Shown in pieces: positions 16,512 to 25,553 of a stretch of DNA of 64,000 nt. A model generated the notes under the pieces. That model had not been told where the DNA came from and ran no database searches. It saw nothing but the letters and a program-made list of their open reading frames with translations. Both the position numbers and the translations under genes were made by a program. Position 1 is the first letter of the stretch, and every line of letters begins with the position of its first letter. The stretch lies in IMG/VR virus record IMGVR_UViG_3300031416_000001; one strand, given 5' to 3'. Source of the stretch: a virus.

Positions 16512-19430
16512 TTATAGGCTGGTTACATCGTGTTGTAAGAAGTCGACCTTGACATCTTCCTGGACGCTTGGCAATTTGTTATCGCCCAACACCAGTTTCT
16601 TGCGTACGCTGAACCCACTGAGTTCATCCACGGCTGAGATTACATCCACAGTGCTGTCACCGCTTACTGCATTGATCTTGACATCCACGACATCAGACGG
16701 CAAGTTTTCCATCAACGCTTTCACCAGAGAAGACACACCCACGGTAATGTTACCAAACAAGAAGGTATTCAGTACTTTCGGCGTGTTGTTCTTCAGTGAG
16801 GCTTTCAGGTTAGTGTTCTGATAGCCAGAGCGAGTCAGGTAGTAGGTAACCTCAAACGACAGGTCCTGACGCAGCACAGAGTAGTAGTTAGAGTTCACTA
16901 CCACTTTACGCCAACCCAGCTTGCTCTTCGGCTGATAGAGTAAACGGGTCTTGTCAATGATCTGCTGACTGAACAGGTCCAGGTCAAGACTGATGGTATC
17001 CGCCAACATGTCTTTTACCGTTTGTGCAAACGTCAAGTCATACTGATCTTTACTCAGCTGATAGACACCGTCAAAGCCCACGAAGTCCCAATGGTAGTTG
17101 AGTTCACGTGGCGCCAACTGCACGTAGTTACCTTGCGCATCCTTGACCCAATCTCCCTTGCGGTGTTTATAGATTGGACCGCCCGCATCAGTGAGCATGG
17201 CTTCACCTTTGGCGTGCTTCAGGATAGGTAGGTTATCGGGACCCAACACCATCTGTCCGTCTTTCTCTTCGTACACGTTGTCTTCATACACATCCGGGAC
17301 GTTGAAGTCATACTGCTGATACTGACCTTCTCCTACCAGAGGACGAATACGGTTGTACAGACGATCCAGACGTTTACCCAACGTTAGCTCAACATCAGTC
17401 ATGATGATAGCTTGCATTGGATCCGGGAACAGTGAGTGATCGATCATGCTGTCTGAACTGATCACTGTTTGCCACGTACCTACACGACGCAGGATAATAA
17501 AGGAAACATCCAGGTCCAGTGCAATTGGGGTATCGGGTTGAACTTTGCCATACTGACTGAAGTTAGTGATGTGGAGCTGATCACCTTCATCCACGTCCAG
17601 GTTACTTTCCAGACGGAAACGATAGACACGCTCACCTTCTTTGGTTTTGTAGGCGAGTTCGCCGCGCAGGTTAGCCGGCTCATTACTGCCCGACACCATA
17701 ACGCTTAACTGCATGCCGACCTGTTCATCTGTCAACAACTTATAGCTCTGACCCGAACTGGTTTGCGCCATGATGGTGTAACCGTTGTTCTCATACTCTA
17801 CCGTCACCGCATCGATACCGGTTTCAATTCCCAGGTTGGTGTTCTCTTCCTGGAAGCTTTGAATCCCAAACTTCGGTTTATCCAGATAGTACATGCGGAT
17901 AGCCGCCTGGTTCTGGGTAGTATCAAACACATAGTGGAACGGTAGGTAAGCCAGACTGGTGCTTTCCATGTAGGCGATTAACGCGTTATTGGTCATCGCC
18001 GCAATATCACGACGCTGTGCAGCAGTCACAATCTGAGGGACCTGCGAAGTCACGTCAAACATGGTACCCGCCGGCACCGTAACACGCGCACCGTTATCAA
18101 TGGCAACACCGGTGTTAACCAAGCCCCGGGCAGAGATCAGGTTAGTCCCCACAAAACAGTTGACTCCAGAATAGAAGTCTTTGTTGGTTTGCAGTGGCAG
18201 TTCTTTGGTTAAGGAGAACAAGCGAGACGTAACAAAGTCGATGCTCTTCACCGCCGAGTAACCGTAATCTTCAACAGAGCCGATCAGGTTGTTTTCTGTG
18301 ATAGGCAAACTACGCAGACGACGACCGTTCACCACACCGTACTTGATCTTACTGAACGAGGTTGGAATAGTGCCGCCAGAGATAGGCGTGTCAAACTTCC
18401 ACAACACACCACCCATATTCGTCAAAAAGTCAGAATACTGGTTCAGCTCGTTGTTGTTGTAGCGGTAGTCACGGTAAGCCGGGATGTAGTCAGACAGCTC
18501 GTTACCGATGAAGTCCTTGTCCACGGTACCTTTAGTGGTATAAACGTACAGCGACACCGTCCCTACGCCTAAACCGTTCTCGATATAGATGTCGGGAATG
18601 GCAAAGGAGAAAGCACTGTTAGAGGTGTCCAGGTCAATGGTCATGGTCACCGAGCCGGGATCAAACACCGCCTTGTCGTACGCTACCTGGATCTCACGCT
18701 TCACACCGTCAGACTGCGTGATGTAGGCGCGGATGCCGTACAGGTAATCAGAGTATGCGCGTGTACCCGAACAACCCGCTGCTGTGGTCGACGGAATACT
18801 GGCATCAAAGCTACAGGCGAGTTGACGAACCGGAACTTCAATAACCAGATACTCTTTGCTATTGATCGTGCGGACCTTACGCTTTAACACGTTACTGGTG
18901 ATGGCATTGAACGGGTTATTGGTGGTTGAGTCATACACCACCTGCACGCCAGTGCGTTCGTTGTAACGGATCTCGATGCCGTTTTCGATCGCAAAGGTAT
19001 AACCTGCCACATCCACTTCGGTGTCTTTCGGGATCAACAGTTTCTGATAACTCAGGTTCACCCCATTAACCGTACTGGTAGCGGTAGGGGCAAAAGCCTT
19101 GAGGTTATCCATGGAGATGATCAAGTTCATACGGCTAGCGGCAGGTGTACCAAACAAACCGTAATACTCGATGTCATTCATGTTACGCGACAGGTCAGCA
19201 ATCGAGGTTGCATGTGCCGGGAACACTTGACTGATCGCATCACTCAGCGAACTCAGGAACCCAAATCCCACCCCGATGGTTAAGTCAGCACAGAACACCA
19301 CGGGATGCGTGCCTGAGTTGATGTTGACCTTTTGATCGAACCAGGCTTTTTGAAGGCTGTCCACGACGTAGTTCAAACCACGAATCGGGTTAGCAGCCAA
19401 CTTGGTGGTTGGTGTTATTTCAATGCTCAT
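16512..19430 (-). CDS. large hypothetical virion-type protein, 972 aa (start moved to ATG 19430)
   Basis: The track start at 19442 is TTG. ATG 19430 forms an ATGA stop/start overlap with the upstream gene and has a GGGTGA RBS. No motif recognised. Confidence 0.8.
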   Translation of the reverse strand: MSIEITPTTKLAANPIRGLNYVVDSLQKAWFDQKVNINSGTHPVVFCADLTIGVGFGFLSSLSDAISQVFPAHATSIADLSRNMNDIEYYGLFGTPAASRMNLIISMDNLKAFAPTATSTVNGVNLSYQKLLIPKDTEVDVAGYTFAIENGIEIRYNERTGVQVVYDSTTNNPFNAITSNVLKRKVRTINSKEYLVIEVPVRQLACSFDASIPSTTAAGCSGTRAYSDYLYGIRAYITQSDGVKREIQVAYDKAVFDPGSVTMTIDLDTSNSAFSFAIPDIYIENGLGVGTVSLYVYTTKGTVDKDFIGNELSDYIPAYRDYRYNNNELNQYSDFLTNMGGVLWKFDTPISGGTIPTSFSKIKYGVVNGRRLRSLPITENNLIGSVEDYGYSAVKSIDFVTSRLFSLTKELPLQTNKDFYSGVNCFVGTNLISARGLVNTGVAIDNGARVTVPAGTMFDVTSQVPQIVTAAQRRDIAAMTNNALIAYMESTSLAYLPFHYVFDTTQNQAAIRMYYLDKPKFGIQSFQEENTNLGIETGIDAVTVEYENNGYTIMAQTSSGQSYKLLTDEQVGMQLSVMVSGSNEPANLRGELAYKTKEGERVYRFRLESNLDVDEGDQLHITNFSQYGKVQPDTPIALDLDVSFIILRRVGTWQTVISSDSMIDHSLFPDPMQAIIMTDVELTLGKRLDRLYNRIRPLVGEGQYQQYDFNVPDVYEDNVYEEKDGQMVLGPDNLPILKHAKGEAMLTDAGGPIYKHRKGDWVKDAQGNYVQLAPRELNYHWDFVGFDGVYQLSKDQYDLTFAQTVKDMLADTISLDLDLFSQQIIDKTRLLYQPKSKLGWRKVVVNSNYYSVLRQDLSFEVTYYLTRSGYQNTNLKASLKNNTPKVLNTFLFGNITVGVSSLVKALMENLPSDVVDVKINAVSGDSTVDVISAVDELSGFSVRKKLVLGDNKLPSVQEDVKVDFLQHDVTSL

Positions 19431-20542
19431 CGTTTCACCCAATATTCCAGCGTCATCTTATCCAGATTGATATACGGATAGACACGCTCATTGTTATTGC
19501 CATAATACTGATCGAATTCCAGCATGCGGTATTTGGTATTACGGATCTCATCACGCATGTCATTATTAAAGTATTCCGTGGTGGCATTAAACATGCGCGC
19601 CACAGTAACGTTACCATAACGGAAAGCGATCGCATCAAAGTTGATGTCGAATTCATCTTGACCTTGACCACGCAGGGAGTTAGTCGTGCGGTCAATTGCT
19701 GAAAAAGCCCCTGACGGATACGTCGTCGGCACACAGCTGGCGTTACAGAAGATCCACTCAATGTTCCGCATGTTGCGGTTCAGGATAATGTGGTAGATGC
19801 GACAGTCATAATCCTGGTAGCTTTGCTTTAATGCCTCAGGGTACGGCTCCAACCCGTGGTCACCCAACGTCACTTCATTTATATAGTTCAGCCAGGTTTC
19901 AAAGATATAAGGAAGGAACTTAGGCTGGGACATATGGAAGCTTTGACGCATGGGATAAGCGCCATTGTGCTGCAAGATCCCACTGATCCAACGATAGACT
20001 TCTTGACGGAAACCCGGTGAACTGGTGGAGACATTCAGGGAGAGATCTGGAAAGCCGTTGCTGGTTTTACAGTAGTTCGTCAGCGGTGTCATCCAGGCAG
20101 TGAGAGGATCCAGGAAAGAGACAGCCCCGCTATTTGCAGCTCCCCATTGTTTATCAAGCAACCCTCGCACATAGCTCATCACGCTATTGGGACGACTCCG
20201 ATAGAACGGGAATAAGCCAGGGTATCGTGAGACGTTCTCATCTGAGAGGTTTAAAAGAGGGCGCGATACAAAAGGCAATCCTATGGCATCGTCGGCTATG
20301 GGGATGAATTGGTGTCCTGGACCAATGATTCTCAGGCCGGACAATGATTTAATTACCGGACTCTGTACTCCAGGTCCACCTTGTTCCGAAAAAGCATAAT
20401 CCAGCATTGACGTTATTTGGTCTGGCGGAATTGCGGATTGCGTTTTCGACTGTTCTACATTTTGTTTTAAAATTTCGGGACGAGCTAGACCCGGTGTTTT
20501 CAATAACCCGGCCAGATCGTTTATATCAAATTTTTCACTCAT
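19427..20542 (-). CDS. hypothetical protein, 371 aa
   Basis: Long ORF coupled to the downstream 972-aa gene. No motif recognised. Confidence 0.8.
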   Translation of the reverse strand: MSEKFDINDLAGLLKTPGLARPEILKQNVEQSKTQSAIPPDQITSMLDYAFSEQGGPGVQSPVIKSLSGLRIIGPGHQFIPIADDAIGLPFVSRPLLNLSDENVSRYPGLFPFYRSRPNSVMSYVRGLLDKQWGAANSGAVSFLDPLTAWMTPLTNYCKTSNGFPDLSLNVSTSSPGFRQEVYRWISGILQHNGAYPMRQSFHMSQPKFLPYIFETWLNYINEVTLGDHGLEPYPEALKQSYQDYDCRIYHIILNRNMRNIEWIFCNASCVPTTYPSGAFSAIDRTTNSLRGQGQDEFDINFDAIAFRYGNVTVARMFNATTEYFNNDMRDEIRNTKYRMLEFDQYYGNNNERVYPYINLDKMTLEYWVKR

Positions 20543-20564
20543 AATTTAGCCATAAGAGGTTAGT

Positions 20565-21698
20565 ATGATAGGGTCTATTATCGGCGTTAGTCGATTGCTG
20601 CTTGACACAGCAAAAATGATTTTTCCTGAGAATGGAGAAGTTGCCGCAGCTTCCAACGTAGCGGATAAGGCCGGCAATACATACAATTTGCTGACCAAGC
20701 ACAGTGTTGTGCAAAGCGGCAATCGCACTTTAGTAGCACCGATTGTAGGTGTGGACAAGACGATTGTACACGCTAGCTACATGCAAGCCGTGATGCAAGT
20801 TGTTATGGCGCGCGACATGCACGCTGTCCTGGCACACATTTCTATCAAGAACGCAGAACGCATGGGCATCAAAATCGATGAGATCATCGGTGGTGTTCAA
20901 CCGCGTCGTGCAGGTTTAGTTTCTCTGGCTGGCTGTGAAGCAATGAACGGCAACGGACCTGCACCTGGTAAGTTTAATAAAGGTGGCAACGATGGCTCCG
21001 AAGGAACCGAAGTGGGCAATAGCAGCGATACTGTTACTATTGGTGGCAAGTCTTATTCAGACATCACAGAGTACACTCCACTCGCAATTGGACGCGTTGT
21101 CGTCGCCACGGCACATGGCCCAAATGGCGGAAAGGTAGAGCTTCCTCTGACCTTCCGTGAGATCCCAATGCCAATGAACCCAGCGCAGCTGCTGAACGTG
21201 TTCCAGGCGGCGAAATCTGAAGACGGCTTCTTTGCTCGTCTGAACATGTGGCAGGCTGGTGAAATTACAGGTCCGCAGTTCTTCTCTGGTAGCGATGTCA
21301 ACAAAGAGAAGTTCAACATCAAGAACAAAGATACCACCGGTTACTTTGAAGAGATGGCGAAACGCGAGCGCATCAACAAGGCGCAGGCAATCCGTACCGG
21401 CGTTGTATCCATGAACACTATGGCGAACACCTTTATCATGAGTTCCGACACTGCCAAGCAGATCGAACTGACTATCGGTAAACGTTTCTCCAACGGTCGT
21501 AACCTGGATGCCATCTTCCGTGCTGTGGATGCTTCTCGTATCGTTATCTGCGATGAGCGTAACGGTGTGTTTGAATTCCTCACCAATGGCGACAGCCTGG
21601 TTGAAACCTTCACGCTGAAAGAACTCGAAACCAAAGCCAAGAAAGCTGATGGCGCCGATTCTCTGGAAGCACTGGCCCGTATTCTGGCAGGGAAATAA
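20565..21698 (+). CDS. hypothetical virion-type protein, 377 aa
   Basis: AAGAGG RBS. Preferred-codon bias. Contains an AGCEAM protease-site-like motif. Confidence 0.8.
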   Translation: MIGSIIGVSRLLLDTAKMIFPENGEVAAASNVADKAGNTYNLLTKHSVVQSGNRTLVAPIVGVDKTIVHASYMQAVMQVVMARDMHAVLAHISIKNAERMGIKIDEIIGGVQPRRAGLVSLAGCEAMNGNGPAPGKFNKGGNDGSEGTEVGNSSDTVTIGGKSYSDITEYTPLAIGRVVVATAHGPNGGKVELPLTFREIPMPMNPAQLLNVFQAAKSEDGFFARLNMWQAGEITGPQFFSGSDVNKEKFNIKNKDTTGYFEEMAKRERINKAQAIRTGVVSMNTMANTFIMSSDTAKQIELTIGKRFSNGRNLDAIFRAVDASRIVICDERNGVFEFLTNGDSLVETFTLKELETKAKKADGADSLEALARILAGK

Positions 21699-21700
21699 TT

Positions 21701-22594
21701 ATGTCTGATATTAGCGCATACGCCTCCAGCGTAAAAAACGTCAGCCGCAAGAACATCTTAACGCTGATCTCTACCATTGACGTGACTGCACACGATCTCA
21801 TCGATCATGCTAACCGTCTGGAGAGCGCAGGCCTTACGTTAAGCAATGAGAGCGGCGCTTGGGCGGTTACCAAGTCTATCTCTGGCAACGTAGCCAAAAC
21901 GGTTCCACAGTTCAACGCAGGCACGCCTACGCTGTCTATCGTGAAAACTGTCGCCGAAGTGATCACTCACCTTACCGACTACCTGAAGAAACAAGTAGCG
22001 GGTTATAAGGAAGAGCTGTGGTCAGGCGAAACCATGACTGTGCGTCAGGTCTATCTGCTGTCTACCGTTGAACAGCTGGACTTCTGGACCCGTTATGCCA
22101 CCAAGCTGCTGGACGTTCTGCTGAGCATGTCTTCAGAAACCGGCTTCGTTCTGGATAAGTATCTGACCAAGAACGAACTGATGTTCCTGAACGGCTCCTC
22201 GCTGTACTTCAGCAACATCACTGCTTCTCTGCTGAAAGGCAAGACTGTGCTGATGAAAGAGATCGACGCGATCCCTGAAATCGATGCAGACGATCAGTCA
22301 AGCATGGAGATCATGCAGGGGCTGGGCGGTAAGAAGCCAGAGATGGCACGCGGTTTCGGTATTCATTATCTGAACCCGAAATACTGGTACGACAGCCTGA
22401 TGCGTGAGATCGACCTCCACCGTATCCGCAATGCCCAAGAGCAAAACGAATACCTGGGGATGAAGATCAATCAGGCAATCAACCAGAAAAACGGCAGTAA
22501 TGATGCTTCCCTGGATCACCGTATCGAAGTTTATCGCGAGAAGATCGTGAAGAACTCCGGCACGATTAACAAGATCGTTGAAAGTTATCAGTAA
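21701..22594 (+). CDS. hypothetical protein, 297 aa
   Basis: Track ORF starting 2 nt after the upstream stop. Confidence 0.8.
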   Translation: MSDISAYASSVKNVSRKNILTLISTIDVTAHDLIDHANRLESAGLTLSNESGAWAVTKSISGNVAKTVPQFNAGTPTLSIVKTVAEVITHLTDYLKKQVAGYKEELWSGETMTVRQVYLLSTVEQLDFWTRYATKLLDVLLSMSSETGFVLDKYLTKNELMFLNGSSLYFSNITASLLKGKTVLMKEIDAIPEIDADDQSSMEIMQGLGGKKPEMARGFGIHYLNPKYWYDSLMREIDLHRIRNAQEQNEYLGMKINQAINQKNGSNDASLDHRIEVYREKIVKNSGTINKIVESYQ

Positions 22595-22603
22595 CCGTTC
22601 ATC

Positions 22604-22633
22604 TATTACTGAGGGGTCACACCCTCAGTAATA
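22604..22633 (+). terminator. hairpin terminator
   Basis: 11-12 bp stem ATTACTGAGGG / CCCTCAGTAAT with a 6-nt loop, followed by an AT-rich tail. Confidence 0.7.
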
Positions 22634-22637
22634 ATGA

Positions 22638-22644
22638 TTTTATG
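22638..22644 (+). promoter_or_regulatory. TTTTATG motif, candidate late promoter
   Basis: 5 nt after the terminator and 43 nt upstream of ATG 22687. Confidence 0.4.
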
Positions 22645-22686
22645 ATGATTTTCGACATCCCTCCTTCTTACTGAGGTTATTGCCCT

Positions 22687-23208
22687 ATGAGTACGTTTGT
22701 ACGCGCTAAAAATGGGTTTGTTAATGGAGCGGTCACCAACGCAGACATTATGGCTGCCAAGGAAGTGGTTCGTGCGTTCTTAAACAGCACAACCCAAGAC
22801 TACGCCCAGAAAACCAATCCCATCATCTATCAGGAAGTGCTGCGTGCAGCGCGTTGCTTGATCGGTGAAAACTTCCAGGACTTCTTGGAAGCGAACTACA
22901 AAAACGGTATCGGTCCGTTGGCTTCGATTGTGAACACCATCGTTCTCTATTTGAATGACAAGTGTTCTGCTCGTGCAATCATGAGCGACATTCGTTGTGC
23001 TGAAGAGATCGTCCACCACAACAACAACACCTCTGGCGCCTGGGATCGTCGTTTCATTACCAGCACCCAGAGTTCAGCTCGCTACTCCATGGCGTTGACT
23101 GACAACATCTCTAACTTTGATTATTACCGCTTGCTGCGCGGCGTAGGCATGGAAAACATGGCACGCATCCTGCTGGCCCTGCTGGGAGAAACCCGTTATG
23201 ACAACTGA
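22687..23208 (+). CDS. hypothetical protein, 173 aa
   Basis: Track ORF with a GAGG RBS 10 nt upstream. Confidence 0.8.
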   Translation: MSTFVRAKNGFVNGAVTNADIMAAKEVVRAFLNSTTQDYAQKTNPIIYQEVLRAARCLIGENFQDFLEANYKNGIGPLASIVNTIVLYLNDKCSARAIMSDIRCAEEIVHHNNNTSGAWDRRFITSTQSSARYSMALTDNISNFDYYRLLRGVGMENMARILLALLGETRYDN

Positions 23209-24514
23209 GCTTGATGAGCAGATGGCGGCGATCTCTGTGGTGAAATCCCTGGAACTGATGGAAACGGTGAAAGACAGTCGTGACCTGAACAACATCACTA
23301 ACCAAGTGTTGAGTTCCAGTAACCGCGTACAAGAGATCAAGACCCTGCTGGAAAATACCGAGGATCACCAGATCTCTCCGGAAGATGCGATTACGATTGA
23401 TGGCGAACTCAGCGACCTCAAAGTAGTAGAGATCGACGACGGGCACATTACGTACAACGCACACCGTGTAGCAGGCGCTGAAAGCTTTGGTCGTACCATT
23501 CGCCCCAAGGACTATCGTCTGACGCGTATCGCGGCCTGTGAGAGCTTCCTGAGCGATACCCTGGAAACCGCCAAAGTGTTTACCAAACGCCTGGGACAGA
23601 ACTTCCACGACGCGTATACGCTGGCTGTTGAGGATACCGAGTCTCTGATCACACGCTTCAAGATGATTGATCGTGCGTTGAAAGACATGGGTGACTTCAA
23701 AGACGGTCTGGAGCAGTTCAACCTCAGTGCACGTCTGTTCAACCTGTTAAAGGTTCAGGGACAGGTAAAGGAAGACTGGCAGAATCAGATTACTAATCTG
23801 TTCAAGACCACTTCTGCATTGACCAACAACTACTACGACTACTCAGAAAAAGAGCTGACGCAGATCATGGCGTTCTTCTCTCGCTTTGAAGGCGTAAGCT
23901 CCGACGAGGAAGCCACACAGATCCTGATGCAGGTTGGACCTCTGCTGAACGTTCCTGCGTTCCGTGAGTGTAAGATCGATATCTCGGATAAGAATGTGCC
24001 TTGGCTGCGCCAGTTGCGTTCTGTGGAGCTTATGGGCGGTCGTTACCTGATTGATACGCGCTGGAAGGACCCAATCAAAGTCAAAGATGTGAAAACCATT
24101 GATGACTGGTTTGATTCTCGCGTGCAGGATCTGGGTGTGCGTTTCAATAAGCGCGAGTCAGCTAACTTCATCGACCAGGAACAGCTGATCAATACCTTTG
24201 GTGCTGCCACCATTCGCCACATCTGTCAGATCTCTATTCAGATTCTGGAGAACTGGCTGAAGATCTGTAACAAGGCGATCAAGCACCGTATCTCTGAGCG
24301 TGACTACGAGATCGTGGGAAGCAACCTGACCAAGATGCCGATCAATGAATCGAACAAGCATCGTGTAATGGCCATGTACTCCATGATTGTGCGCAAGAAC
24401 CAGCAAGACCTGTTGGATCTCAATGCGGACTTCACGCGTTACCTGGTGATCACCCTGAACGCCATTGCCAGCCTGTGCAATGACTCTATTAACTTTGCCA
24501 AATCGGTGAGCTAA
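23198..24514 (+). CDS. hypothetical virion protein, 438 aa (possible distant member of the head paralog family)
   Basis: Contains AGAESF and AACESFLSDTLETAKVFTKRL, resembling the family motif. Overlaps its neighbours by 11 and 1 nt. Confidence 0.7.
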   Translation: MTTELDEQMAAISVVKSLELMETVKDSRDLNNITNQVLSSSNRVQEIKTLLENTEDHQISPEDAITIDGELSDLKVVEIDDGHITYNAHRVAGAESFGRTIRPKDYRLTRIAACESFLSDTLETAKVFTKRLGQNFHDAYTLAVEDTESLITRFKMIDRALKDMGDFKDGLEQFNLSARLFNLLKVQGQVKEDWQNQITNLFKTTSALTNNYYDYSEKELTQIMAFFSRFEGVSSDEEATQILMQVGPLLNVPAFRECKIDISDKNVPWLRQLRSVELMGGRYLIDTRWKDPIKVKDVKTIDDWFDSRVQDLGVRFNKRESANFIDQEQLINTFGAATIRHICQISIQILENWLKICNKAIKHRISERDYEIVGSNLTKMPINESNKHRVMAMYSMIVRKNQQDLLDLNADFTRYLVITLNAIASLCNDSINFAKSVS

Positions 24515-25506
24515 TGTCTGAGCTTAGAGAGTTGTACGTTGATTGCCGTGTTCATCATGTCGACTTGCTAGACTCAATGTCTACGCTCCAGGCGGTGGTC
24601 AAGTTAAATAACCGTGCGGGTAATGAAGATTTCGCGGAATCCATGAAGTCACTGGGGGCAGGTGCGCTGTCAGTGGCGAAGTGGGCAGGTGGTCATACTC
24701 TGGATCTGCTGGACAAAGGCATTAAAACTGCGGGAGCACAGCTCACCAAAACCTTTGACAGCAACAAGTCTCTGATTGGCAAGATTCCTAATGCTATGAA
24801 AGATGATGAAAACCACGCCTTTACTTTCTCGGGTCCATTGGTCGGTGCATTGACCAGTACGGGACAGTGGAGCGATTTCGGTTCTGATCTGGATGAGTTG
24901 ATCAAAACGCTGGAAGGGTTCCAGAAACACGCGCATGACGTTAAAGATCATTTGAGTCGTGAACTGGTGGTAGCTCGCAAGTTAAAGAGTGTCAAGACCA
25001 CCAACGATGTCATGAACGTTGTGCGTGAGTTCGAGGGACTTCATTATCCCGAATACAAACTTCCTCACAAGAACGGCGAGTGGATGGTTTCAGAGGTCTT
25101 ACCGGGTGGCAGGGTCATCAAGTGTAAGTTCAAGGACAATGATGTAGTCTATTCTATGTCTGGAGACAAGCCAGCTGGTGAATCTCATACCCTCGAAGCA
25201 TCCAAGTCTGATCTTCAGTCGGTCCTGGCAAAAGTTGCCAAGCTCAATGATCTGCATCTGCAGGTTAAAGGATCTTATGCTGATTATCTTGATTTCGTTA
25301 AAAGCTGGTCTTCTGTTGTAGAAGAAGCTAGCAAAGGTTTAAGTGAAACAACTAACGTAGGTTCTCAGATTATCTCTGAAGCCGAGTCCATCTTAAAAGG
25401 TAATGCTCACGCATTAGCATTTTATAGTGGTTTCACTCCACGCGTGGTGAGCTACGTCGATAAATACATCCAAGACGTCTTAGGTGTCTTATCGAAAGTT
25501 ATTTAA
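24514..25506 (+). CDS. head/internal protein paralog family member, 330 aa
   Basis: GNEDFAESMKSLGAGALSVAKW aligns with GMEGFMDKVKGAGAAVIAFIKK of the next gene. Confidence 0.7.
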   Translation: MSELRELYVDCRVHHVDLLDSMSTLQAVVKLNNRAGNEDFAESMKSLGAGALSVAKWAGGHTLDLLDKGIKTAGAQLTKTFDSNKSLIGKIPNAMKDDENHAFTFSGPLVGALTSTGQWSDFGSDLDELIKTLEGFQKHAHDVKDHLSRELVVARKLKSVKTTNDVMNVVREFEGLHYPEYKLPHKNGEWMVSEVLPGGRVIKCKFKDNDVVYSMSGDKPAGESHTLEASKSDLQSVLAKVAKLNDLHLQVKGSYADYLDFVKSWSSVVEEASKGLSETTNVGSQIISEAESILKGNAHALAFYSGFTPRVVSYVDKYIQDVLGVLSKVI

Positions 25507-25516
25507 TTAAATAAAC

Positions 25517-25532
25517 TTTTACTTAAGTAAAA
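25517..25532. promoter_or_regulatory. 16-bp perfect AT-rich palindrome TTTTACTTAAGTAAAA in the leader of a very highly codon-optimised gene
   Basis: Read directly from the sequence. 21 nt upstream of ATG 25554, just before the AAGGAG RBS. Confidence 0.5.
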
Positions 25533-25553
25533 AATCTCCAAGGAGTTTTACAC

